Assembly (NCBI GenBank): GCA_030603395.1
Contig: JAUVXX010000002.1
Location: 79,807-143,806 of the forward strand
Source of the DNA: a bacterium
Lineage (GTDB): Bacteria > Patescibacteriota > Minisyncoccia > Minisyncoccales > CG1-02-41-26
DNA: 64,000 nt
Direction: 5' to 3'
Shown here: piece after piece, positions 1 to 8,052 of the stretch
Position numbering within the stretch: the stretch's first letter is position 1
Layout of the letters: the number at the start of each line of letters is the position of its first letter
Translations under genes and position numbers: made by a program
Notes under the pieces: model-generated
What the model was told of the DNA's origin: nothing
What the model saw: the letters and a program-made list of their open reading frames with translations, nothing else
The model's database searches: none

Positions 1-920
1 CCATGGTGGAAAGAGAGTCAACGATGGCCGAATAAGAATTGCCCTGGTAATCAGAAGAAACCAAAGGAGCATCCTCAACCCCCAAAATTCCCCGCAGCTC
101 TTCTCTTCCTGAGGCCTTCTTCAAAAGATAGTTTACCTCTTCGGTGGTGGTCTCTTTTTTAACGGTGCAAACAAAATCAACAATGGAAACAGTGGGAGTT
201 GGCACCCTCAGAGCCATTCCTGCCAACTTGCCTTTCAATTCCGGCAAACACTTCTCAACGGTCTCCGTAGCTCCGGTGGTGGTTGGAATGATATTTAAAG
301 CAGCGGCTCTCGCTCTCCTTAAATCTTTATGGGCTAAATCTAAAATCTTCTGGTCGTTAGTGTAGCTGTGGACTGTTGTCATAAAACCTTTCTCAATTTC
401 AAATTTCTCATCCAAAACTTTAGCCACCGGCGCCAAACAATTGGTAGTGCAAGAACCCATAGAAACAATCTTATCCCTTTTGGGCTCATATTTCTCTTGA
501 TTAACCCCCAAAAGATAGGTTGGAATTTCTCCCGATTTAGAGGGAGCCGAAATAATCACTCTTTTGGAGCCTGCGGCCAAATGCTTTTTCGCCCCTGCCA
601 AATCAGTAAAGTGCCCGGTACATTCCAAGACAATATCAACGTCAAGTTCCTTCCAGGGTAGTTTTTCGGGCTCAGGAGCAGCAAAAACCTTAACTTTGTT
701 GCCCCCCGCCGTGCCATCAATTAAAAGTTCATCTTCGTCAAATTTCACTCTCTTGTCATAAATACCATACAAAGAATCGTATCTCAGAAGATGAGCCAGA
801 GTTTCAGGAGGAGCCAAATCATTAATAGCCACCACCTCAAGCTCCGGATGCTTGTCCAAAATTCTCCGGAAAGTTAACCGACCAATCCGCCCAAAACCAT
901 TGATAGCTATTTTTGTCATA
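1..920 (-). CDS. gap: glyceraldehyde-3-phosphate dehydrogenase (N-terminal ~306 aa; C-terminus runs off the window start)
   Basis: Not in the ORF track because there is no stop inside the window. Minus-strand translation from the ATG at 918-920 reads MTKIAINGFGRIGRLTFRR...SMGSCTTNCLAPVAKVL...TVHSYTNDQ...NIIPTTTGA. This includes the NAD-binding N-terminus and the catalytic SCTTNC motif of GAPDH. Confidence 0.9.
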
Positions 921-923
921 AAT

Positions 924-1163
924 TTATTCTTTAAGTTTCAAGAGTTTAGTAATTTTTCCTCTATCAAAGCCGGCAATAAACTCCCCATCAATCTCTACTA
1001 CTGGCACTTCCATCTGACCTGACTTTTCAATCATTTCTTTTTGGGCTGCTTCATCTTGCGTAACATCCACCTCCTCAAATTCAATATGGTGCTCTTTCAA
1101 AAATTCCTTTAGAGTCACACAATAAGGACACATCTGGGTGAAAAAAACTCTAACCTTAGCCAT
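924..1163 (-). CDS. glutaredoxin-like protein (NrdH/YruB-type, CPYC active site)
   Basis: 79-aa ORF. MAKVRVFFTQMCPYCVTLKEFL carries a CPYC redox motif after beta1. The later VPVVEIDGEFIAGFD segment is typical of the glutaredoxin fold. Confidence 0.8.
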   Translation of the reverse strand: MAKVRVFFTQMCPYCVTLKEFLKEHHIEFEEVDVTQDEAAQKEMIEKSGQMEVPVVEIDGEFIAGFDRGKITKLLKLKE

Positions 1164-1169
1164 AATTAT

Positions 1170-1877
1170 TTATTGACAACCGCCATCTTCTGGATTTTCT
1201 CCGCTTGGAGATTCAGCCCCAGAAGGTACTTTACAGCCAGTGGCTGCTGCGAAATCTTCAAAAGTTCTTGCTCCTTGATACGGTTCTCCTTTGATAAGAA
1301 TAGTTGGATATCCTTCAACTCCTTTTTCTCTACACAACTCTTCCTCTTCTGTGCATTCAACATAGATGGGTTTTACCATATCAAATCCACCCAACATCTC
1401 CACCAGTTTTTTAGTCCAACCGCACCAATTTGCTCCATAGATAAGAAAATCAGTTTTTTTAAGACAATCTATAAATTCTGTGAGTTCTTCGGGGACTATG
1501 TCTGAAGATTGTGGTTCTTCAGACCCTGAGGTTTGAACAATAGATTCTTCTTTCAAATCAATTCCTTCAGGGAAAAAAAGTTTTCCATCTTTGGTGATAT
1601 AAGAGAAAAATTCCTGGTCCTCTATTTTTACCTTAAACCTATAAAGACCTTGCTCTTCGCTCGGCTCCCCCACCAAACTTGCCGTAATGGTCTGCGGAAG
1701 AAGGTTCTCATTGATATAATCTAATCCAATCTTGGTTGCTTCTTCAACCGAAAGAAAATTAGCCGAGGATTCTCTGTCCGACAGGTTAAACTGAAAATAA
1801 ATTAACCCTCCAGCTAAAATCCCGCAAGCTACCAAAAGTCCTATAATGATTAAGTTTTTATTTTCTAAATTTGCCAT
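1170..1877 (-). CDS. membrane-anchored thioredoxin-fold protein with degenerate CXXC (CGWT)
   Basis: 235 aa with an N-terminal TM helix (LIIIGLLVACGILAGGLIYF). The C-terminal YGANWCGWTKK...YVEC...LCREKGVEGYPTILIKGEPYQG resembles the Trx-like domain fused to bacterial VKOR homologues, but the second active-site Cys is replaced. Confidence 0.5.
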   Translation of the reverse strand: MANLENKNLIIIGLLVACGILAGGLIYFQFNLSDRESSANFLSVEEATKIGLDYINENLLPQTITASLVGEPSEEQGLYRFKVKIEDQEFFSYITKDGKLFFPEGIDLKEESIVQTSGSEEPQSSDIVPEELTEFIDCLKKTDFLIYGANWCGWTKKLVEMLGGFDMVKPIYVECTEEEELCREKGVEGYPTILIKGEPYQGARTFEDFAAATGCKVPSGAESPSGENPEDGGCQ

Positions 1878-1916
1878 AATAGTTTATGTTAGTAAATATT
1901 TTCTATTTTAGCAAGT

Positions 1917-2597
1917 TTAAAGGATTTTCCTGTTTTTTAATTTTAACAATTTATCAAATTTATAGCTTATTATGCCAGCATAAGGCACCTCAACATTAAT
2001 AATGTCCTGGTTGGATATTTTCTCAACATACTTTATCATTGCTCTTAAACTATTATGGCTGGCAACAACCAAGACATTTTTCCCTTTTCGCAAATCTTTC
2101 TCAATATATTTTTTGTAAAAAGGAACAGCCCGCCTATAAACTTCATCTAAACCTTCTCCTCCACCCGGAGGATCATTATTAAAACCCCTCCGCCACAATC
2201 TAACTTTTTCAGGGCCATATTTTTTGATGGTTTTTTCTTTATCCAAGCCCTGCAATTTTCCATAATATCTTTCGTTTAAATTTTCTGAAATATAGACTGG
2301 TAAATAGTTTTTGTGTGTTTCTCTAAAATTCCCCCATTTTTTCATTCTCCCTTCGTCAAGGTGAATAAAAATTGGGTATTTATTATCAATGTAATCTAAA
2401 ATTCTCACCAAGGTGTTTTGATTTCTAAGTAAAGGTGAGGAATAAGCAACATCAATCTTTGATTTAAATATTTTCCGGGCAACCTCTTTCGCTTTTTTAA
2501 TTCCCTCATTGCATAGAGGAACATCAACCCAGCCAGAGAATCGGTTTTCTAAATTCCATTGTGATTTAAGATGTCTTAATAAAATTAATTGAGCCAT
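1917..2597 (-). CDS. gpmA: 2,3-bisphosphoglycerate-dependent phosphoglycerate mutase (histidine phosphatase family)
   Basis: LILLRHLKSQWNLENRFSGWVDVPL matches the dPGM RHGESxWNxxNxFTGWxDVxL signature. A second catalytic His lies in VASHNSLRAM. The gene is adjacent to eno. Confidence 0.8.
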   Translation of the reverse strand: MAQLILLRHLKSQWNLENRFSGWVDVPLCNEGIKKAKEVARKIFKSKIDVAYSSPLLRNQNTLVRILDYIDNKYPIFIHLDEGRMKKWGNFRETHKNYLPVYISENLNERYYGKLQGLDKEKTIKKYGPEKVRLWRRGFNNDPPGGGEGLDEVYRRAVPFYKKYIEKDLRKGKNVLVVASHNSLRAMIKYVEKISNQDIINVEVPYAGIISYKFDKLLKLKNRKIL

Positions 2598-2599
2598 AT

Positions 2600-3838
2600 T
2601 TATTTTCCTTGATTTAGTTCTTCCTCTATTCTCAATAATCTATTGTATTTAGCCACCCTTTCTCCGCGAGAGGGCGCCCCTGCCAAGAGCCAGCCGGCAG
2701 CCAATCCCACCGAAAGGTCAGCTATAAAATCATCACAGGTTTCTCCTCCCCGGTGTTTAACAAAAACCTTCCAGCCATTTTGAACAGCAAGATTGGCCGC
2801 AGCTATCGTTTCAGAAACCGTTCCAATCTGATTAGGTTTTAAAATTAATCCGTTACAGGCCTTTTTAGCTATTGCCTCTTCTATTCTTTGAATATTGGTT
2901 GTTAAAAGGTCGTCTCCAATAATGGTAATTTCTTTGCCAAGCCTTTTGGTAATCTCTTGAAATCCCTGCCAATCTTCTTCAGCAAAAGGGTCCTCAATGG
3001 CCATAATTGGATATTTCTCCAAAATTTCTGCAAAGAACTTTAAAAGTTCTTCTCTGCTCAAGATTCCCTCTTCAAAATGATATTTTCCATTGCGGAAGAA
3101 AGAGGTGGCAGCTACATCAAGAATAATTTCTACCTTGTTTTGATAGCCCGCCTTGTCAATGGCTTCCATAACTAAATCCAAGGCCTCTTTGGTTCTCTTT
3201 AAGGGTGGGGTAAATCCTCCTTCAATTCCTACCTTGGTGGCTGATTGACCATATCTTTTATTTAAAATTAAACCAAGGGTGTGATAAATTTCAGTTCCCA
3301 TACGAAGCTGTTCAGAAAAAGAATCTTCTTGAGAAACAACTATAAACTCCTGAACGTCTAAATCTCCTCTACCGTGAAGCCCGCCCTCCATAAATAAAAT
3401 GCCAGGAACAGGCAAGGCAGGAGTTCTCTTGGCAATTTTTGAAAGCCATTTCCATAAAGGCAGGTTCTTAGCCGCAGCCCCGGCTCTCAAGCATGCCATT
3501 GATACTCCCAAAATGGCATTGGCTCCAAGTTTTGACTTGTTTTCTGTGCCGTCAAGCTCAATCAAAAGTTCGTCAATTTCTTTCTGCTCCGTCGCATCCT
3601 CTCCCTTAAGTTTGGGGGCTAAAATCTTTTCAATATTGGCCACTGCCTTTAAAACTCCTTTACCCAAAAATCTTTTACCGCCATCCCTTAATTCAATCGC
3701 CTCATATTTTCCCCGAGAAACTCCCGAAGGCACTTGAGCCCTAAAAACTCCCTGCTCGGTTTCAACTTCTGCTTCAACCGTGGGCTCTCCTTTTGAGTCC
3801 AAAATTTCCCTGGCTTTAATTTTTTTAATCTTAGACAT
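2600..3838 (-). CDS. eno: enolase (phosphopyruvate hydratase)
   Basis: 412 aa. IKKIKAREILDSKGEPTVEAEV at the N-terminus; the later SHRSGETED motif equivalent reads KHRGGETCDDFIADLSV. The sequence is collinear with enolase over its full length. Confidence 0.95.
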   Translation of the reverse strand: MSKIKKIKAREILDSKGEPTVEAEVETEQGVFRAQVPSGVSRGKYEAIELRDGGKRFLGKGVLKAVANIEKILAPKLKGEDATEQKEIDELLIELDGTENKSKLGANAILGVSMACLRAGAAAKNLPLWKWLSKIAKRTPALPVPGILFMEGGLHGRGDLDVQEFIVVSQEDSFSEQLRMGTEIYHTLGLILNKRYGQSATKVGIEGGFTPPLKRTKEALDLVMEAIDKAGYQNKVEIILDVAATSFFRNGKYHFEEGILSREELLKFFAEILEKYPIMAIEDPFAEEDWQGFQEITKRLGKEITIIGDDLLTTNIQRIEEAIAKKACNGLILKPNQIGTVSETIAAANLAVQNGWKVFVKHRGGETCDDFIADLSVGLAAGWLLAGAPSRGERVAKYNRLLRIEEELNQGK

Positions 3839-4787
3839 TTTTTCTTTGTAAATACTCGTAAGTGGCTAAAGCTGCTCGACAGCCCTCCCCAGCCGCGATG
3901 ATAATTTGCTTCCATCTGCCATCATTAACGTCACCAGCGGCAAAAATGCCTTCGGTTGAGGTTTGACAGGTTTGAAAATCAACCTTTATCTCATCCCTCT
4001 CGTTAAAGTCAACCAGACCCTTCAAGAAACCGGTGGCAGGCACTGAACCGATTTGGACAAAAACTCCATCAATGGGCACCTGAAAGGTTTTGCTGGTTTT
4101 CAGGTCCTGATAAACTATATCTTGAACTTTGTCCTTTCCTTCAATTTTCTTTAGTTCTTTATTTAGATGAACCTGAATTTTTGTTTCTTTTTTTACCTGC
4201 TGTTGTAAAAGTTCGTCAGCTGTTATTTTATTAGACCTCTCAAAGATAAAAATTCTTTTGGCATATTTTGCCAAGTCAATAGCCGCTTCAAAGCCAGCGT
4301 TGCCTCCCCCAACCACCGCCACACTCTTATCTCGGAAGAAGGGGCTGTCGCATATTGAACAGTACGATATTCCCTTGCCGATAAATTCCTTCTCTCCGGG
4401 AATTTCCAAAGGTCTTGGGTCGCGACCCGTAGCTACCAGGACCGCTTTGGTTAAAAACTCCTGTTTGCTTTTCGTTTTGATTGAGAAACGACACGCAGTG
4501 TCGCCCTGAGCGGAGAGAAGGGTCACCTTCCGCACCTTTTCTCCTTCCACAATTTCAATGTCAAATTTCTTCAAATGGTCTTTAAACTTTCCCATCAAGT
4601 CCTGACCAATAATTCCAAAAAATCCCGGATAATTATCAACCCGTCCCGTTTTACCAACCTGCCCTATAAAGTTTCCGGTCAGCAATAAAGTTTTTATTTT
4701 TTTTCTCCCAGCGTAAATACCCGCTGTGATACCAGCGGGCCCTCCACCAATAATGACTAAATCATATAAGCTTGATTTATGATTCAT
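3831..4787 (-). CDS. trxB: thioredoxin-disulfide reductase
   Basis: 318 aa. It has the FAD motif VIIGGGPAGITAGIYA, the redox-centre-equivalent CSICDSPFF (CxxC), the NADPH motif VVGGGNAGFEAA and a C-terminal GIFAAGDV. Confidence 0.85.
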   Translation of the reverse strand: MNHKSSLYDLVIIGGGPAGITAGIYAGRKKIKTLLLTGNFIGQVGKTGRVDNYPGFFGIIGQDLMGKFKDHLKKFDIEIVEGEKVRKVTLLSAQGDTACRFSIKTKSKQEFLTKAVLVATGRDPRPLEIPGEKEFIGKGISYCSICDSPFFRDKSVAVVGGGNAGFEAAIDLAKYAKRIFIFERSNKITADELLQQQVKKETKIQVHLNKELKKIEGKDKVQDIVYQDLKTSKTFQVPIDGVFVQIGSVPATGFLKGLVDFNERDEIKVDFQTCQTSTEGIFAAGDVNDGRWKQIIIAAGEGCRAALATYEYLQRKNV

Positions 4788-4813
4788 GATTTATGATTCA
4801 TGATTCATGATTT
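4772..4813. repeat. six tandem heptamers (WTGATTY) spanning the nnr stop and trxB start
   Basis: The plus strand reads ttgattt atgattc atgattt atgattc atgattc atgattt. It contains three palindromic TCATGA sites, which hold overlapping ATG/TGA on both strands. The nnr stop (4805-4807) and the trxB ATG (4785-4787) both lie inside the array. Confidence 0.85.
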
Positions 4814-5671
4814 TATTGCTTCGGGAATGGCTTCAATCAAGTCGGTGGCCAGCAAGCCAGGTCCAAACTTTTTGGCAGCTATTTCACCGGCTCTACCATT
4901 AATAAAAGCTCCGGCTCCGGCCGCCAAAAATGGCGCTACTCCTTGGGCCAACAAACTCCCGCAAATCCCAGCCAAGGTATCACCCGTTCCTCCGACAGTT
5001 AAATAGAGGGAGCCCGTCTCATTGACCGCCACCTCCTTACCGTCAGAAATGATATCTCTCTTTCCCTTAAGTAAGATAGTACAGCCCAATCTGCCAGCTT
5101 CCCCCTGGACCACTTTCACTTTTTCTTCAAAAGGTAAATCTTTGACGTCTTTTCCGGTTAGAGCAAGAAACTCAAAAGTATGGGGAGTCAGCAAGAAATT
5201 TCTTCCTTTCAAAACTTCGGGATTTTTGGCTACAGCGTGAATTCCATCGGCATCAATTACAGCTTGAATTTTGGACTGCCGCAGATATGCCTTCACCGTT
5301 TCCTTGGTCTCTTCTGACCTGCCCAGTCCCCCACCAATAACCACCGCTGTTTTATCTTTAGCAACCTGCCTAGCTCCCCCTGTCATGGAAATCAAAGTTG
5401 CTAAATCTTCCTTATCCAGCCAGGTTCCTTTTAAGGGGTAAGCCGCTAAATTGGGTGAAAAAGAAGCAATGATGTCAGCGGCTCTCTTAGGAGCCAAAAC
5501 CTGGACCATATCCACCCCGCTCCTGAAAGCCGCCATAGCAGCCAGGGCCGGTGAACCGGAATAAAATTGCCCACCTCCAATCACCAACAAAAGCCCAAAA
5601 TCATATTTGTGCACTCCCGGGGTTCTTTGCGGATAAACCTTTTTTAAAATGTCTTTGGTTATTTTTAACAT
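4805..5671 (-). CDS. nnrD: ADP-dependent NAD(P)H-hydrate dehydratase (YjeF C-terminal / carbohydrate kinase family)
   Basis: 288 aa. It has KYDFGLLLVIGGG, AVVIGGGLGRS and a C-terminal GGTGDTLAGI, all typical of Nnr/YjeF_C. Confidence 0.75.
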   Translation of the reverse strand: MLKITKDILKKVYPQRTPGVHKYDFGLLLVIGGGQFYSGSPALAAMAAFRSGVDMVQVLAPKRAADIIASFSPNLAAYPLKGTWLDKEDLATLISMTGGARQVAKDKTAVVIGGGLGRSEETKETVKAYLRQSKIQAVIDADGIHAVAKNPEVLKGRNFLLTPHTFEFLALTGKDVKDLPFEEKVKVVQGEAGRLGCTILLKGKRDIISDGKEVAVNETGSLYLTVGGTGDTLAGICGSLLAQGVAPFLAAGAGAFINGRAGEIAAKKFGPGLLATDLIEAIPEAIKS

Positions 5672-5678
5672 AAATTTT

Positions 5679-5794
5679 TAATTTCTAATTTCCAATTTTT
5701 ATTCAATTTCTAATTTTTAATTTTCAAACGTGTTTAGAAATTAAGAATTAAGTCATTAAGAATTCATTAAAAATTAAGAATTAAGAATTAGAAA
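5679..5794. repeat. AT-rich heptamer arrays, (AATTTCY)n then (AATTAAG)n, forming an imperfect long palindrome
   Basis: This is the galU-nnr spacer. The left half reads aatttct aatttcc aattttt attc aatttct aattttt aattttc. After the centre caaacgtgttt, the right half reads agaaatt aagaatt aagtcatt aagaattcattaaa aattaag aattaag aattag. Confidence 0.7.
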
Positions 5795-6667
5795 TTATTT
5801 TAGCTTTTTAATAAACTCTCTCAAAACTGGTCCGAATTCCGGATGGCGCAGACAGAGATACAAATTTGACTTCAGCCAGCTGGTCTTATTGCCGCACTCA
5901 AGCCACTCTCCTTCAAGCTCATATCCATAAACTATTTTACCATCTTTTATCATCTTTTTTAAGGCCTCAGCCAAAATTATCTCCCCATTCTCGTTTGGCC
6001 GGGTTTTTCGCAAATAGTCAAAGGCGGTAGAGTTTAAGATATATCTTCCCACAATAGCCAGGTCCGAGGGAGCTTTTTCCAAAGAGGGTTTCTCAATGAT
6101 ATCTTTAATTTTATAAAGACCATGCGCGATTTTCTCAACTCCAACCACTCCGTAAGAAGGGATTTTTTCTTTAGAAACTTTTTTTAAACCAACTACTGGT
6201 TTTTCGGATGTCTTAAAAATTTTTGCCAATTGTAAAATGGCGGGCGTTTTAGATTCAACTATGTCGTCGGGGAAAAGGACGGCTGTCGGCTCTCTTGTCC
6301 CCCTTTTTACTCTCAATAAAGCATCACCATCTCCCCGGGGCTCGGGCTGCAAAGAAGAAGAAAAAGAGAGTTCGGCAAATTCCTCATTGATTCTTTTTAA
6401 TTCTTTCAGTATTTCTTTTTTATTTCTCTTCCTCAGAATTTTTTCAAGTTTCAAATCCTTCTTGAAAAAATCCAAAATCATCTTATTCCTCCCAGAGAGA
6501 ACAAAAACAATACTTGAGATACCAGAAGCTTTAGCTTCTCTCACTGCATAACTTATCAAGGGCTGATCAACCAGGGGCAAAAGTTCCTTAGGTAGGGCTT
6601 TAGTTAAAGGTAAAAACCTGGTACCTAAGCCAGCCGCCAAGATGATGGCTTTTTTGACTTCCTGCAT
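5795..6667 (-). CDS. galU: UTP--glucose-1-phosphate uridylyltransferase
   Basis: 290 aa. KAIILAAGLGTRFLPLTKALPKELLPLVDQPLI is the GalU N-terminal signature, and VVGVEKI...IIEKP...AIVGRYIL follows later. Confidence 0.85.
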   Translation of the reverse strand: MQEVKKAIILAAGLGTRFLPLTKALPKELLPLVDQPLISYAVREAKASGISSIVFVLSGRNKMILDFFKKDLKLEKILRKRNKKEILKELKRINEEFAELSFSSSLQPEPRGDGDALLRVKRGTREPTAVLFPDDIVESKTPAILQLAKIFKTSEKPVVGLKKVSKEKIPSYGVVGVEKIAHGLYKIKDIIEKPSLEKAPSDLAIVGRYILNSTAFDYLRKTRPNENGEIILAEALKKMIKDGKIVYGYELEGEWLECGNKTSWLKSNLYLCLRHPEFGPVLREFIKKLK

Positions 6668-6670
6668 ATT

Positions 6671-7942
6671 CTACCTAAATTTTTTCCTTAAAAATGAGGG
6701 AATTTCCCATTGGGTTTCTCGTTCTCGCTCTCTCTCCTCTGCTTCCTTTTCAGCCTTCTTTATTTCCAGGCCGGTTCTGCGAATCTTGCCTTTCACTAAG
6801 TCCCCGGTGCGGGGCTTAACTTTCTTACCTTTACTCACAGGAGTGGATACCGTAACTTTCACTAACTTTGCTTTCTTTTTTTGTGTTGCTTCAGCTTTAG
6901 GAGAAACAGTCGCAGCCTTCTTCTCTTCCTTTACTTCCTTTACCTCCTGCGAACTTTTCCCTACTTGCAAAAGAGTAATCTTAAATTTTCTGGCATACTT
7001 TGAATTTTGAGAAATGCCAAAGATAATTTTCGCCTTGGGATTGAGCTCAGAAATCGCCCGGCTTGCCTCTTCAACTTCCTTCAATCCTAAATCCTTTCCT
7101 CCGCAAATATTAAACAAAATTCTTTTAGGGGACTCCTGCTGGGAATTTTGCTCAGCAAAAAGGGGATTCTCAAAAACTTCCTTAATTGCCTCCTCCACCC
7201 GATTAGGACCCTGCCCCAAACCCTGGCCAAAATAAATCACCCGCCCTCTTCCCTTCAAAATCGTCCGCAGGTCAGCGAAATCAATGTTAATCAGTCCAGG
7301 GGTCGAAATCATCTCAATTAAATCTTTCAAATAGTCAATCAAAACCTGATTCAATAAAGATAAGGCCCTTTTCAGGGGAGTTTTTTTGTCGCAGAGCCTA
7401 AAGATTTTCTCATTGGCTAAGGCAGCCGTACCGGATAAACTCTCTCTCAGGTCCTTGAGGGTGCTTTTAGCAAGACGCATTCTTTTTTCACCCTCAAAAC
7501 TGAAAGGTAGAATAAAAATCCCCAGAGCAATATTTTTTTGATTCTGGGCGGCTTCGGCAAAAACCAAGGAAGCTCCAGAACTCACTCCCCCTCCTAAAGA
7601 AGCTACCAGAACAGAAAGGTCCTGTCCTTTAAAAATCTTCTCTATTTTCTCTCTTTGCTTTTCAGCAGCTCTTTTTCCCAAATCAACGTTCATCCCTGTT
7701 CCTAAGCCATAGGTTAAATCTTCTCCAAACTGAAAAGTCCTCACCCCTCTGGGAATTTTCTTGAAAGTCCTTTGGTCCGTATCAGCAACCAAAAAACTCA
7801 CTCCCTTCAAACTCTTGGCCATCTCAGAAACAATGGAGCCACCCCCACCGCCAACACCAACCACCCTTATTTTTATCCTGCGAGGTCTCAGCGAGGACTC
7901 TGGTTTCTTTATCTTTATCTTTTTCTTAATCTTTTTGGACAT
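6671..7942 (-). CDS. ftsZ: cell division protein FtsZ with long Lys-rich C-terminal tail
   Basis: Contains RVVGVGGGGGSIVSEM and the tubulin signature LGGGVSSGAS. The ORF-track start at 7960 is a TTG inside a repeat. The first ATG is at 7940-7942 (MSKKIKKK...). Confidence 0.9.
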   Translation of the reverse strand: MSKKIKKKIKIKKPESSLRPRRIKIRVVGVGGGGGSIVSEMAKSLKGVSFLVADTDQRTFKKIPRGVRTFQFGEDLTYGLGTGMNVDLGKRAAEKQREKIEKIFKGQDLSVLVASLGGGVSSGASLVFAEAAQNQKNIALGIFILPFSFEGEKRMRLAKSTLKDLRESLSGTAALANEKIFRLCDKKTPLKRALSLLNQVLIDYLKDLIEMISTPGLINIDFADLRTILKGRGRVIYFGQGLGQGPNRVEEAIKEVFENPLFAEQNSQQESPKRILFNICGGKDLGLKEVEEASRAISELNPKAKIIFGISQNSKYARKFKITLLQVGKSSQEVKEVKEEKKAATVSPKAEATQKKKAKLVKVTVSTPVSKGKKVKPRTGDLVKGKIRRTGLEIKKAEKEAEERERERETQWEIPSFLRKKFR

Positions 7943-8052
7943 TAAAAATCCAAATGACAAAATCCAAATGACAAAAATACTTTTTTATTTGACATTTAAA
8001 CATTTGACATTGATTTGACATTGATTTGACATTTGACATTTGGGCTTTGGAT
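7943..8052. repeat. composite repeat spacer: 2x AAATCCAAATGACA, then 5x TTTGACA(TT..) and TTTGGAT units
   Basis: aaatccaaatgaca aaatccaaatgaca ... tttgacatttaaaca tttgacattga tttgacattga tttgaca tttgaca tttgggctttggattt. The left 14-mers are approximately the reverse complement of the right end (TGACATTTGG..TTTGGATTT), giving an imperfect long hairpin. Confidence 0.8.

Noticed and set aside
7990-8036. Considered whether the TTGACAT arrays (also 28883-28930) could be a CRISPR array
   Set aside because: The units are 7-11 nt with no unique spacers of 25-40 nt between them, and there are no cas genes in the window. They are simple tandem repeats.
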